From positions 128,001 to 192,000 of the forward strand of contig CAVZDU010000002.1 in NCBI GenBank assembly GCA_963774265.1: a stretch of DNA of 64,000 nt, read 5' to 3'. Numbering within the stretch: position 1 is the stretch's first letter; each line of letters opens with the position of its first letter. Below the pieces are notes generated by a model. That model saw nothing but the letters and a program-made list of their open reading frames with translations, had not been told where the DNA came from and searched no databases. The position numbers and the translations under genes are program-made. This document shows positions 10,023-19,153 of this stretch, in pieces. This DNA comes from an uncultured Chloroflexia bacterium (GTDB lineage: Bacteria; Chloroflexota; Anaerolineae; CG2-30-64-16).

Positions 10023-10492
10023 AAACGCTGGGGATGCGGGTGCTCGAGGCGCGGGACATCCCCTTTGAAGTGGTGACGTACGAGGTGATCGAGCACCTGT
10101 CGGCCGCGGAGGTGGCTGCTGCGTTGGGGCTAGACGCCGGTCAAACATTCAAAACCCTGGTCGCGCTGCCGGAACGCCCACACGCCAAACCCGTGCTGGT
10201 GCTTCTGCCCGGCGACAGCACGTTGGACCTAAAGAAACTGGCCACGGCGAGCGGAGAGAAGAAGATGCGGATGGCCTCCCACAAAGAGGCCGAGCACCTG
10301 ACCGGCCTGGAGAAAGGCGGCATCTCGCCATTGGCGCTGATGGAGAAGAACTGGCCTGTGTATGTCGACGAAACGGTCATCCTCTATGAGCGGATCGAGA
10401 TTAGCGCGGGCAAGGTGGGTGTAGGGGTGCTCGTCGCTGTCCAACCACTTCTTGACCTTCTGCAGGCAGTCCTGGCTGACCTGAAGGCCTAA
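10019..10492 (+). CDS. ybaK: YbaK/EbsC aminoacyl-tRNA deacylase
   Basis: TFKTLV, LDLKKLA, LTGLEKGGISPL, ISAGK.G; GTG start overlaps the upstream TGA. Confidence 0.88.
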   Translation: MKTLGMRVLEARDIPFEVVTYEVIEHLSAAEVAAALGLDAGQTFKTLVALPERPHAKPVLVLLPGDSTLDLKKLATASGEKKMRMASHKEAEHLTGLEKGGISPLALMEKNWPVYVDETVILYERIEISAGKVGVGVLVAVQPLLDLLQAVLADLKA

Positions 10493-10494
10493 GC

Positions 10495-10531
10495 GCTGGC
10501 CCGCTGAGATGCTCTATTTCAGCGGGCCAGC
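10495..10531. terminator. Strong hairpin after ybaK
   Basis: GCTGGCCCGCTGAGAT...ATTTCAGCGGGCCAGC inverted repeat; no clear U-tract. Confidence 0.5.
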
Positions 10532-10634
10532 TCATCGTCGACGCACCAGATTGTCGCGATATGGGACTCTTTCTCACATCCAAGAGCATGTCAGCCTTCG
10601 TATCCTGTAACGCACACACTCAAGGAGGGTGCAC

Positions 10635-11072
10635 ATGAAACGACTGTTCATGCTCGTCGTGATCCTCGCCGTCGTAGGCGTCGTCGCGATCCAACTCATA
10701 CCGGTTGACCGCACAAACCCACCCGTCACTCGCGAGATCGCCTGGAACTCCCCCGAGACCCGCGCCCTGGCCCAGCGCGCATGCTTTGACTGCCACAGCA
10801 ACGAGACTAAGTGGCCCTTCTACGCCTACATCGCTCCCATGTCCTTGATGTTGGCCGATCATGTGACCGAAGGCCGCGACCGGCTGAATTTCTCCGAATG
10901 GGACAGGCAGAATGGAGACTTTGAGGCAATTGCGGAAGTAGTGACTGAGGGAGAGATGCCCCCGGCGAACTACCTGCTTCTCCACCCGGAAGCGCGACTC
11001 ACGGATCTCGAGAAGCAACAGCTACTTAATGGCCTTGAGGCGACCTACCAGCGGGACCCTGCTCGCTTGTAA
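10635..11072 (+). CDS. Haem-binding domain c-type cytochrome
   Basis: CFDCH motif, T.WP.YAYIAP.S, LNFSEW, EMPP..Y...HP.A.L; RBS AAGGAGG. Confidence 0.88.
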   Translation: MKRLFMLVVILAVVGVVAIQLIPVDRTNPPVTREIAWNSPETRALAQRACFDCHSNETKWPFYAYIAPMSLMLADHVTEGRDRLNFSEWDRQNGDFEAIAEVVTEGEMPPANYLLLHPEARLTDLEKQQLLNGLEATYQRDPARL

Positions 11073-11179
11073 GTCAGTTTAGTCCGATGTCTCGCAAATC
11101 GCAGCCCTCGAGGGACGCCTGACTCCGTCGAGGGCTGTTCGCCAGTGGAGACTTCAGCACATTCAGTGAATTGCGGCAC

Positions 11180-12799
11180 CAGCAATTCTAAATATGGCGG
11201 GGAGTGGTAGACTGGGAGGTGAGCCAGCGAATCCGGCGTGAGGTGGGGCGAGGCATGGGTGGGAAACAGGTAAGGTTCAGCGAGTTGCTGCGGTTTTTGC
11301 GGGCCAGCCTGGAACGGATTCCGGAGCACCGGCGGGGTGAGAACGGGCACTATGCGATTGCGGATGCCGGGCTAGCGGCTTTCTCGGTGTTCTTCATGCA
11401 GGAGCCCTCCTTTCTGGCCTACCAAACGAACCTGCAGGAGAACCACGGGCGCAATAACGCCAAGAGCCTGTTTGGCGTGGCGGAGATTCCCAGCGATGGG
11501 CAGACTCGCAATCTGCTCGATCCAGTCGATCCGGTCCTGCTGGGCGAACCCTTTTGGGCGAGCTACGAACTGCTGGCCCGGCGTGGGGCGCTGCGGGACT
11601 ATCACGGTGCGACTGGTAGTCAGTTGGTGTCGCTGGACGGCACGCAGTCCTTTGCATCCCAGAAGGTGCACTGTGACAACTGCCGGGTGACGGTACGCGA
11701 CGGACGTACCTATTATGCGCATCAAGTGTTGCTTGCAGTAGTGGGCGCGCCCGCGCAGCCGCACGTGGTCTGTCTGCCGCCGGAGTTCATCACGCCGCAG
11801 GACGGGGCAGACAAACAGGACTGCGAGCAGCGGGCCATCAAGCGCTGGGTCAAGCAGCATGCCGGGCGCTTTGCGCCTTGGAGTACGACCGTCTTGACCG
11901 ACGATCTGCATGCGCACCAGCCGGTCTGTCAATTACTCTTGGATCACCACCTGCACTTCATCCTCACCTGCAAACCCGACTCGCACCCGACGCTGTACGA
12001 AGAGTTGCAGCTTCTGGAGCGGGTCGAGGGGGCAGTGGGAAGCAAGCGCATCCGGCGCTGGAACGGCCGCCATCATGAGGTCTGGCAATATCGTTGGGCG
12101 AGTGAGTTGCCGATCCGCGAAGGGCAGGACGCACTCAAGGTCAACTGGTGTGAGTTGCGGCTGATCAACCAGGAGAGCGGCGAGCAGCTGTATCACAACG
12201 CCTGGCTCACCGACCACGCTTTGGACGAAACTTCAGTCGAGGCCGTCGCCCAGGATGGGCGGAGCCGCTGGAAGGTCGAAAACGAAGGCATCAACGTGCT
12301 CAAGCAGCGCGGCTACCATTTCGAGCACAACTACGGACATGGCGACCAGCACCTGGCCGCTGTGCTTTTGAGTTTGCTGCTGCTGGCCTTCCTGTTCCAC
12401 ACGGCGCTGGACCTGGCCTGCCTGATGTACCAGGCCATCCGCCAGAAGCTGCGCACCCGCCGCAAGTTCTTCGATGACCTGCGCGGCTTGACGACCTATC
12501 TCTACTGGCGCAGCTTCCAGCACCTGCTCAGCTTCATGTATCGCCAACTGGAGTTGGGTCCGCCAGCCCCAGCCTAATGCCCGATGGGCCTGACCGCCCA
12601 TTGATCCCGGCCCCGGTCGGAGGCTGTCGCCTGTCCAGCGCCAGCGCCCAGTGCCGCCAGCTCCACTCCCGGCCGCCCGACCCGCCTCTTTCCGGCCCTC
12701 AATCTGCCACCGCGGCTGTCCACCCGCACGCAGGCAGCCCCCGGCTACCTCCGACCTTGACTTCACCGGCTTGGAGCCATGCCAAATTCAGAATTGCTG
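11180..12799 (+). mobile_element. Complete insertion sequence (ISNCY-type DDE), 1620 bp
   Basis: Left end CAGCAATTCTAAATATGGC (11180-11198) versus reverse complement of right end CAGCAATTCTGAATTTGGC (12781-12799), 17/19 identical. Target duplication TTGCGGCAC at 11171-11179 and 12800-12808. Confidence 0.93.
11255..12577 (+). CDS. ISNCY-family DDE transposase
   Basis: LDGT..F.S..VHCDNC, PQDG.DKQDCE..A.KRW, DDL...QP, GRSRWKVENE..N.LK..GY.FEHNYGHG. Confidence 0.9.
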   Translation: MGGKQVRFSELLRFLRASLERIPEHRRGENGHYAIADAGLAAFSVFFMQEPSFLAYQTNLQENHGRNNAKSLFGVAEIPSDGQTRNLLDPVDPVLLGEPFWASYELLARRGALRDYHGATGSQLVSLDGTQSFASQKVHCDNCRVTVRDGRTYYAHQVLLAVVGAPAQPHVVCLPPEFITPQDGADKQDCEQRAIKRWVKQHAGRFAPWSTTVLTDDLHAHQPVCQLLLDHHLHFILTCKPDSHPTLYEELQLLERVEGAVGSKRIRRWNGRHHEVWQYRWASELPIREGQDALKVNWCELRLINQESGEQLYHNAWLTDHALDETSVEAVAQDGRSRWKVENEGINVLKQRGYHFEHNYGHGDQHLAAVLLSLLLLAFLFHTALDLACLMYQAIRQKLRTRRKFFDDLRGLTTYLYWRSFQHLLSFMYRQLELGPPAPA

Positions 12800-12816
12800 T
12801 TGCGGCACACCGTCGG

Positions 12817-12845
12817 TTGACATATGGAAAACCTTCATGTATATT
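12817..12845 (+). promoter_or_regulatory. Sigma70-type promoter of the pgsA-like/ECF operon
   Basis: TTGACA-17 bp-TATATT. Confidence 0.65.
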
Positions 12846-12886
12846 GTATATGTATTTAACGGTCATTTATACCCCGAGCGTGAAGC

Positions 12887-13471
12887 ATGGTTGCAAATCT
12901 TGCCAGAGCCTGGAGCGCGCGCATCATCGAACCCATTGCGCGGTTCTTGGGCTCTCTGGGGTTGTCACCAAACTCCGTGACGATCCTGGGTTTCATCCTC
13001 ACACTTGCAGTGGCTGGCGTGCTGGCCAGCGGTCGTCTTCTCCTCGCAGGTCTCCTACTTATAGTCACACTTGCGTTCGATGCGGTAGATGGTACTCTGG
13101 CCAGGCTCTTGGGCCAGACCACTCGTTTCGGCGCTTTCCTGGATTCAACACTGGACCGTTGGGCCGAGGTGGCCATGTTCGTGGCCATCGTTTGGGTCTA
13201 CTTGCAAGTTAATAACCCCCTGGGCGTGATTCTGGCAGTTCTCTCGCTAGCCATGTCGTTGTTGGTGAGTTACACACGAGCCAGGGCCGAAGGTATTGGA
13301 CTCGAGTGCAAGGAGGGCATTCTAACGCGCTTCGAACGGATGGTGATCCTGATTCTCGGCCTGATCGTCGGACAACTCATCTGGGCTCTGGCGATTATCG
13401 CCGCGCTGGCAGGCATCACCGCCGTCCAGCGCATCCTGGTCACCTGGCAGGGCGCCAAGGCGATCAGGTAG
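12887..13471 (+). CDS. CDP-alcohol phosphatidyltransferase (PgsA/PIS-like)
   Basis: SPNSVT, DAVDGTLAR......FGAFLDSTLDR signature, SYTRARAE. Confidence 0.92.
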   Translation: MVANLARAWSARIIEPIARFLGSLGLSPNSVTILGFILTLAVAGVLASGRLLLAGLLLIVTLAFDAVDGTLARLLGQTTRFGAFLDSTLDRWAEVAMFVAIVWVYLQVNNPLGVILAVLSLAMSLLVSYTRARAEGIGLECKEGILTRFERMVILILGLIVGQLIWALAIIAALAGITAVQRILVTWQGAKAIR

Positions 13472-13499
13472 TGGACACTCCGGTGGCCACGAATTTGCG

Positions 13500-14120
13500 A
13501 TGAGTTTGCTAAACTGGCTCGTTTGGGCGTTATCTTTTGTCACCTTTGGCGTCTTCAAAGGTGATGGAACGCGCATTGAGCCGCCAGATGAGGAACAAGA
13601 TCTGCTGGAGAGGGCTATCCGCGCCGAACCGGCCGCTTTAGGGATGCTGTATGATCAGTATGTCGATAGGATATACGCCTACATCTACCATCGAGTTGGA
13701 CAGGCGGACCTGGCTGAGGATCTCACCGGCCAGGTGTTTATGCGGATGCTCGAGGCGGTGCGGACCGGCAGGGGCTGGCGCACATCCTTTTCCGGGTGGC
13801 TTTACCGGATCGCGCATAACCTGGTGATCGATCATTATCGACGTAAACACCGTGCGACCCTGGTCGATATTGACGAAGCAGAACCAGTGCAGGCGCAGAC
13901 CGGAGATCCGGTACGATCGGTGGAAAAACAGTATGAGCGCGAGCGGCTGCGAACAGCACTCGCGAAGCTGACGGAAGAGCAATCCCAGGTGATTTCATTG
14001 CGCTTCCTGGAGGACTTGAGCATCGCTGAATCTGCTGAGATCATGGAGAAGACCGAGGGCGCGGTCAAGGCGCTGCAGTATCGCGCAGTCCTGGCCCTGC
14101 GGCGGGTGATGCAACCATGA
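13500..14120 (+). CDS. ECF RNA polymerase sigma factor
   Basis: Sigma2 (AEDLTGQVF, WLYRIAHNLVIDHYR) and sigma4 (LSIAESAEIMEKTEGAVKALQYRA) regions. Confidence 0.93.
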   Translation: MSLLNWLVWALSFVTFGVFKGDGTRIEPPDEEQDLLERAIRAEPAALGMLYDQYVDRIYAYIYHRVGQADLAEDLTGQVFMRMLEAVRTGRGWRTSFSGWLYRIAHNLVIDHYRRKHRATLVDIDEAEPVQAQTGDPVRSVEKQYERERLRTALAKLTEEQSQVISLRFLEDLSIAESAEIMEKTEGAVKALQYRAVLALRRVMQP

Positions 14121-15976
14121 TACCCCGCGAAAACGACCACCTCAGCGCTTTGCTGGCTGAATGCGCCGATATGATTATGTCGGGGGCCAGCCTGGCTGCC
14201 TGCCTGGAGCGCTTCCCTGAGCAGGCCACTGAGCTCGAGCCGCTGCTGGCCACCGTCGCCGGCGTGCGCGAGCTCCGTCCCGTTCCCCAGCGGCCGGCCG
14301 ACAACGCCATAAGCTCCCGTACAGCCTTCATGACTGAAGTCTTCCGCATGCAAAAGCGGCGGTCAGCTATCAGCCCGTATGCCCCGTGGTGGCAACGACT
14401 CTTCGCAGCACCTCGTTCTGGCGCCCCCTACGCACGCCCTATGGGCCTTATCGCGATTTTGCTAATTGTAATTATTAGTGGTATAGTAATTTCTGGTAGC
14501 GTTACCCTGGCTGCAGACGCACTGCCTGGGGATTTGCTCTACGGCGTGAAGACCGCCTCCGAGAACGTACGCATATTCTTCACGCCAGACGGCGAGACCC
14601 GAGATGAGTTGCGCGCTGTATATCGCCAGCGCCGCATCGACGAAGCTGAGGCGGTTGTCGAAAGCAGGCGACCCGTTGACAACTTAAGACTGCAGGGACT
14701 CATCGAGTCGTTCGACACGACACAATGGGTGATTTCCGGGCTACGCGTGACGCTGGACGCGTCCTCGCAGGTTGAGGGCGAGCCCTTTGTGGGCGCCTCG
14801 GTGGAAGGCGTCGTGCGAGCTCCAGGAGACGGCAAGCTAGTGCTTGTCTATGCGGTGGTTCAACCGCTGCCGGACGGTGCGACGGCGCTGGCAATGCCAG
14901 ACGCCTCAGTCACTCCGACGACGGCGCCGACCCCTACGGCGACACCCACGGTCACGCCGTCACCGACGCTCACGCATGCGCCAGTGCCGCTGTCGCTCCC
15001 GGGAATGACGCCGTCGGAGCCAACCGATGCACCGACCTCGACCGCGACCGTCATGGCGTCGCCTACAGGCACGGCTACGTTGACGCCCACGCTCACCCGC
15101 ACGCAAACGCCGACAGTCACACGAACCCCCACGGCGACGTGGACGCTGCCGGCGCCACGCGAAAAGCCGGTCAAAAGCCGAGTTGTGGGCCGTCTGACGT
15201 CTATCAGCGGCAACGTCTGGACGGTAGGCGGGACTGCCATCGAAGTCAACTCGTCCACAAGCATCACCGGCTCGCCCGTGGTTGGCGCAGTGGTGGAGTG
15301 CGTGGTAGAACAACGATCCGACGCTTTGCCCCTGGCGCTCAGTTGCGTGGTCATCGCACCGCCCGAAGCGACGCCAGAGCCGTACGAATTCCAGGACTTT
15401 GTCCAGGCCATCGACGGTGAATGGTGGTCCATCGGAGGGCAGCGGGTCAAAGTGACCGGCGACACGACGCTGGTGGACAATCCGGTTGTCGGGGATCTGG
15501 TCAATGTCAAAACATTGCGTCAGTCGAACGGCGAATTGTGGGCGACGAGCATTAGCTTAGCCGGAGACGAAAGGCCGATCGATGGGACCATCGAGGCCTA
15601 CGCGGCAGGCAGCTCGATCACCGTCGATGGCTATACGATCGCTATCACGAGCAAAACGGTTATCAGAGGTGCACCGGAAGTGGGTCGTCGGGCACAGGTG
15701 CGAGCCCTGCAGAGGCCAGACGGAAGCCTGATCGCTCTGGAAATTGAAGTCGTCATCGAGACGACTCCGACAGAGACATCAGAGCCCGCTGCGTCGCCAA
15801 CGGTTGCGCCAACTGACACCGCGACGGTTGAACCGACAGCTACCGCGACGGTTGAACCGACAGCTACCGCGACGGTTGAGCCAACGGCCACTGATACAGT
15901 TGCGCCGACGGCCACCGACACGGTTGCACCGGCAGACACCGCCACTAGCGAGCCGACTGCGACGCCTACGCCATGA
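14117..15976 (+). CDS. Putative membrane anti-sigma factor with DUF5667, DUF5666 domains and Thr/Pro linkers
   Basis: N-terminal L.ACLERFPEQA.ELEPLL, TM helix, ALPGDLLYGVK..SE (DUF5667-like), several G.I....W.V.G OB-like repeats. ATGA overlap with the sigma gene. Confidence 0.8.
   Translation: MIPRENDHLSALLAECADMIMSGASLAACLERFPEQATELEPLLATVAGVRELRPVPQRPADNAISSRTAFMTEVFRMQKRRSAISPYAPWWQRLFAAPRSGAPYARPMGLIAILLIVIISGIVISGSVTLAADALPGDLLYGVKTASENVRIFFTPDGETRDELRAVYRQRRIDEAEAVVESRRPVDNLRLQGLIESFDTTQWVISGLRVTLDASSQVEGEPFVGASVEGVVRAPGDGKLVLVYAVVQPLPDGATALAMPDASVTPTTAPTPTATPTVTPSPTLTHAPVPLSLPGMTPSEPTDAPTSTATVMASPTGTATLTPTLTRTQTPTVTRTPTATWTLPAPREKPVKSRVVGRLTSISGNVWTVGGTAIEVNSSTSITGSPVVGAVVECVVEQRSDALPLALSCVVIAPPEATPEPYEFQDFVQAIDGEWWSIGGQRVKVTGDTTLVDNPVVGDLVNVKTLRQSNGELWATSISLAGDERPIDGTIEAYAAGSSITVDGYTIAITSKTVIRGAPEVGRRAQVRALQRPDGSLIALEIEVVIETTPTETSEPAASPTVAPTDTATVEPTATATVEPTATATVEPTATDTVAPTATDTVAPADTATSEPTATPTP
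15809..15952 (+). repeat. Six degenerate 24-bp tandem repeats encoding P(T/A)xTxTV(E/A)
   Basis: CCGACAGCTACCGCGACGGTTGA occurs twice exactly, plus four variants. Confidence 0.85.
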
Positions 15977-15991
15977 AGGTTGGGAGCACTC

Positions 15992-18307
15992 GTGATCCCG
16001 CATCGTCGCTCACAAAGGCGCGGCCTGATTTGGACCGCGACCGTGTTGGTTACCGTGGTTATCGCATTTTCTGCGCTACCCGGTGCCGCTGCTCCTGTGG
16101 CAGATTCACCTCATTCTGTCGTCACTCCGACGCGACTTGAAGGTCAACTCAAAAGCGTCTCAGGCAATACCTGGCTGGTCGACCAGACCACGGTGGTGCT
16201 GGACGCGAACACGACCCTGATCCAACTGAACGGCCAGGCGCAGGTTGGCGCCTGGGTAGTGGTATGGGGCGACCGATTACCTGAGTATTTGCTCGCGGAA
16301 CTCATCCACGTGCTTCGCCCCGCAGGCTCCCCGACTCCGGTCATCCAGTTCACCGGTGTCTTACGCAAGGTTGCGCCGCCCTACTGGGTCATCGATGACA
16401 CCATTGTGATCGTTGATGCGAACACGAATGTGGTTGGTGAGCCGCGTCTTGGATCGCAGTTATCGGTGACTACACAACGAGTAGAGTGGGATCTCGTGGC
16501 CACGAACATCGCGGTGCTCGCGGTGGATGTCGCCAGCGTGCCGTTCGAAATCGAGGGAAAGCTCGAGCAGATCGTCGGTTTGACGTGGGTCGTCGATGGG
16601 ACACGGATCCGCGTCGGGCCGGGAGCTAACCCATCTGCGCGCGAAGGTGATTGGGTCGAAGTCAAGGCCCTGGCGGCCAAAGATGACACGATGGTTGCAC
16701 AGGACACGCGCGTCGTGGATCGCTCCCTTGAGGCACAGCTCGATGGCTACGTGACCGGCATCAGTGGCCTGGGTGACGTGAACCAAACATGGAGCGTCCT
16801 TGTCTTCGATGCCGGCCGACCTCAGACAAAGACCGTCCAAATTTCGGCCGATACTTACGTCGACGAAGATCGGGCCACTCTGGAGCCGGAGATTGAGGCC
16901 ATCGTCGAGGGCAGCAAGTTGGACGCGGCGGCAGTCAAGGCCGATATGATCAGGCTGGAACAGCCCACACCTGCACAAGTGGTGGGCGGGCTAACGGGGT
17001 CAGGCACCGATGGCCTGTGGGACGTAGGCGGACAGCAGGTTTGGTTCGAATCAGAAGCAATGGTAGCGCAGGCGTCCGCTGCGCAATCGGCGAGTGCGTT
17101 CGATGGAGGCGGGCTTCTTATCGTGAGAGGCGTCCGACTCCGCAACGGAGTACTCATTGCGAAGGAGATTACCCCTGGTAACGGTGAGAGCCTCAACGCA
17201 TTTGGGGCCAGCGTGGATGCAGCGCCCTGGTCCATGCCGACAGCAATCGTCCCCCACCTCACGGAAGCTTCTTTGCCCACCCTCTTGTTCGGTCCTGACG
17301 GAGCGGCGCATGTGATCTATGAGTCCGATGGCGCCATTTACCATGCGATGCAGCCGACGAACGGTCCCTGGGGCACTCCGCGAAAAATCGCCACCGGCAC
17401 CTCGCCGTCGGCAACCTTCGACAGTAAGGGCCAACTTCACGTCGCCTATGTCAACGAATTCATGGGCAATTTCGACATCTTTCACGTGCGTATTACCGAC
17501 GGCGCGAGGACGTTGCCCGTCAACATCTCGTCCACATCAGGCAGGTCAGCCGACCCATCTATCGCGACCGACGGCGCAGGCACCGTGTACGTGGCGTGGA
17601 TGGACACCAGCTCCGGACTATGGGCCATCCACACCGGCACGTGGAAAGGTGGCTATTGGACCAACTACCCGGTATCAAACGCGCGTGGACAGAGCCCGGC
17701 CCTGGCCGTGCTGCCTAATGGCGAGCTTTTTCTAGCGTGGCAAGACCGCCAGCCTACCTCGGAGGACACGTGGGGCACCTACGATATCTTCGCCAGTCAG
17801 CGCGAAGGTAATTACTGGACCCTGCCGGTTAATGTCTCCGACAATACCACGTACAGCCCCGGCTCGAACGCCATCGGCGTCAGCGTGGTCACAACCCGCG
17901 ACGGGATGGCGCACCTTGCATGGATCAACGATGGGCAACAAGTGCGCTATAATCCCGGTCGCGGACTGTACTGGCCGAAGCCTGTGAATGTTGGCGAGCG
18001 TCGTTCGTTGGCGCGCGGGCTGAACATGCGTCTCAGCCAGGATGGCATGCTTAATATGGCCTGGGATGAAGGAATGGTTGTCCGAATTGTCTCTGCACCT
18101 CCAACTGCCCAGGTTTGGCCCGAAGCCGAAGACGTGCCAATGCGCGACGGAGGACTATCTGATGTTTCCCTGACCGCTGCCGGGGGCGGCCTGGCGGTGG
18201 CTTGGGTTCACACTGATACCACTGGTGCGGTGGGAATCTATGAGAGCCGATACGATGTGGCGTTAGCCATGTTAAAGTGCTGGCTGCCGCTGATCATCAA
18301 TCCATAG
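15992..18307 (+). CDS. Secreted DUF5666-repeat protein with C-terminal beta-propeller-like region
   Basis: Signal peptide, repeated EG.L..V.G..W.VD units, then repeated PSIA.D..G.V.VAW..W..PVNVS units; ends CWLPLIINP. Confidence 0.75.
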   Translation: MIPHRRSQRRGLIWTATVLVTVVIAFSALPGAAAPVADSPHSVVTPTRLEGQLKSVSGNTWLVDQTTVVLDANTTLIQLNGQAQVGAWVVVWGDRLPEYLLAELIHVLRPAGSPTPVIQFTGVLRKVAPPYWVIDDTIVIVDANTNVVGEPRLGSQLSVTTQRVEWDLVATNIAVLAVDVASVPFEIEGKLEQIVGLTWVVDGTRIRVGPGANPSAREGDWVEVKALAAKDDTMVAQDTRVVDRSLEAQLDGYVTGISGLGDVNQTWSVLVFDAGRPQTKTVQISADTYVDEDRATLEPEIEAIVEGSKLDAAAVKADMIRLEQPTPAQVVGGLTGSGTDGLWDVGGQQVWFESEAMVAQASAAQSASAFDGGGLLIVRGVRLRNGVLIAKEITPGNGESLNAFGASVDAAPWSMPTAIVPHLTEASLPTLLFGPDGAAHVIYESDGAIYHAMQPTNGPWGTPRKIATGTSPSATFDSKGQLHVAYVNEFMGNFDIFHVRITDGARTLPVNISSTSGRSADPSIATDGAGTVYVAWMDTSSGLWAIHTGTWKGGYWTNYPVSNARGQSPALAVLPNGELFLAWQDRQPTSEDTWGTYDIFASQREGNYWTLPVNVSDNTTYSPGSNAIGVSVVTTRDGMAHLAWINDGQQVRYNPGRGLYWPKPVNVGERRSLARGLNMRLSQDGMLNMAWDEGMVVRIVSAPPTAQVWPEAEDVPMRDGGLSDVSLTAAGGGLAVAWVHTDTTGAVGIYESRYDVALAMLKCWLPLIINP

Positions 18308-18366
18308 GCGGCTCGCATGTTGAGAGGGGGCGCCCGTCAGTGACCGGCACCCCGTTGGAAAGCCGG

Positions 18367-18831
18367 TCACTGCGACGCCGAAATCCAGCGCCGCTCGTCG
18401 AAAATCAGACCGCTCCGCAAAAGCTCCTGCCGGATTGTCTCGGCACTAACATCGTTCATGACGCCGCGCTCGATCAGCTGCGAACGCAGCCGCTGCAGCG
18501 ACCAGGCATCAAACTCCAACCCCAACACCCGCGGATCGGTGGTCGCCAAACCTACGATCGCATCGCGCTGTTGCTGACTGAACAGCCGGGGTCGACCAGG
18601 TGAGCGACGGGGGTATAAGCCTTTGAGGCCAAATCTGTTGAAGCGATGAATCCATTTACGGACATTGATCGGATGCAGACCGACGATCGAACTGATTTCG
18701 TGTACGCCACTTCGTTGGGCCGAAAGCAGCACGATTTGCACTCGTCGTGCCAGCTCTTCATCCGCGCCCTTGGCCAATTCCTCCAGCTTCGGCTTCTCGT
18801 CAGCCCTGAGTGACCGGGAATAGAGCGCCAT
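18367..18831 (-). CDS. Stand-alone IS630-type helix-turn-helix protein (no DDE domain)
   Basis: RR.QIVLLSA, NVRKWIHRFN..GL.GL....SPGRP, WSLQRL, VSAETIRQ.L; RBS AGGAGG. Confidence 0.8.
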   Translation of the reverse strand: MALYSRSLRADEKPKLEELAKGADEELARRVQIVLLSAQRSGVHEISSIVGLHPINVRKWIHRFNRFGLKGLYPRRSPGRPRLFSQQQRDAIVGLATTDPRVLGLEFDAWSLQRLRSQLIERGVMNDVSAETIRQELLRSGLIFDERRWISASQ

Positions 18832-19153
18832 GCAACGCCTCCTACACACGAAGTGTGTTAATCTCAGAAATGTCTGGAGCAGCACGCCAAATACATAGGT
18901 TATGACGTAAAGTAGCTACAAAAAGACACGCTATTATTGGTTGGAAGCCGGACGAATCTGCAAATATTACATATTTTTAAGGTGTGCCTCGTGCATCCCC
19001 TCGCGCCGGACTTGACCGTCGCGGACCGGAGTGACGGGCGGTCGCGCGGATATGATAGATGTCATAGCGCGACGAGGGCACTTGCATGTATGCTTGTGCA
19101 CTGTGGCATTCTGACGGTTATCCCCCTCAAACATATCTGGAGGTTAGTGGAGC

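Noticed and set aside
12577-13212. Second IS ORF (211 aa)
   Set aside because: Crosses the IS end and overlaps the pgsA-like gene out of frame; low-complexity translation.
15809-15952. 24-bp tandem repeat as a regulatory or mobile element
   Set aside because: Ordinary in-frame Thr/Pro stalk expansion, as in other exported proteins here.
18990-19153. ZTP or THF riboswitch upstream of fhs
   Set aside because: Hairpins exist (e.g. GTCGCGC..TATGA/TCATA.GCGCGAC), but I could not find the conserved ZTP or THF aptamer motifs.
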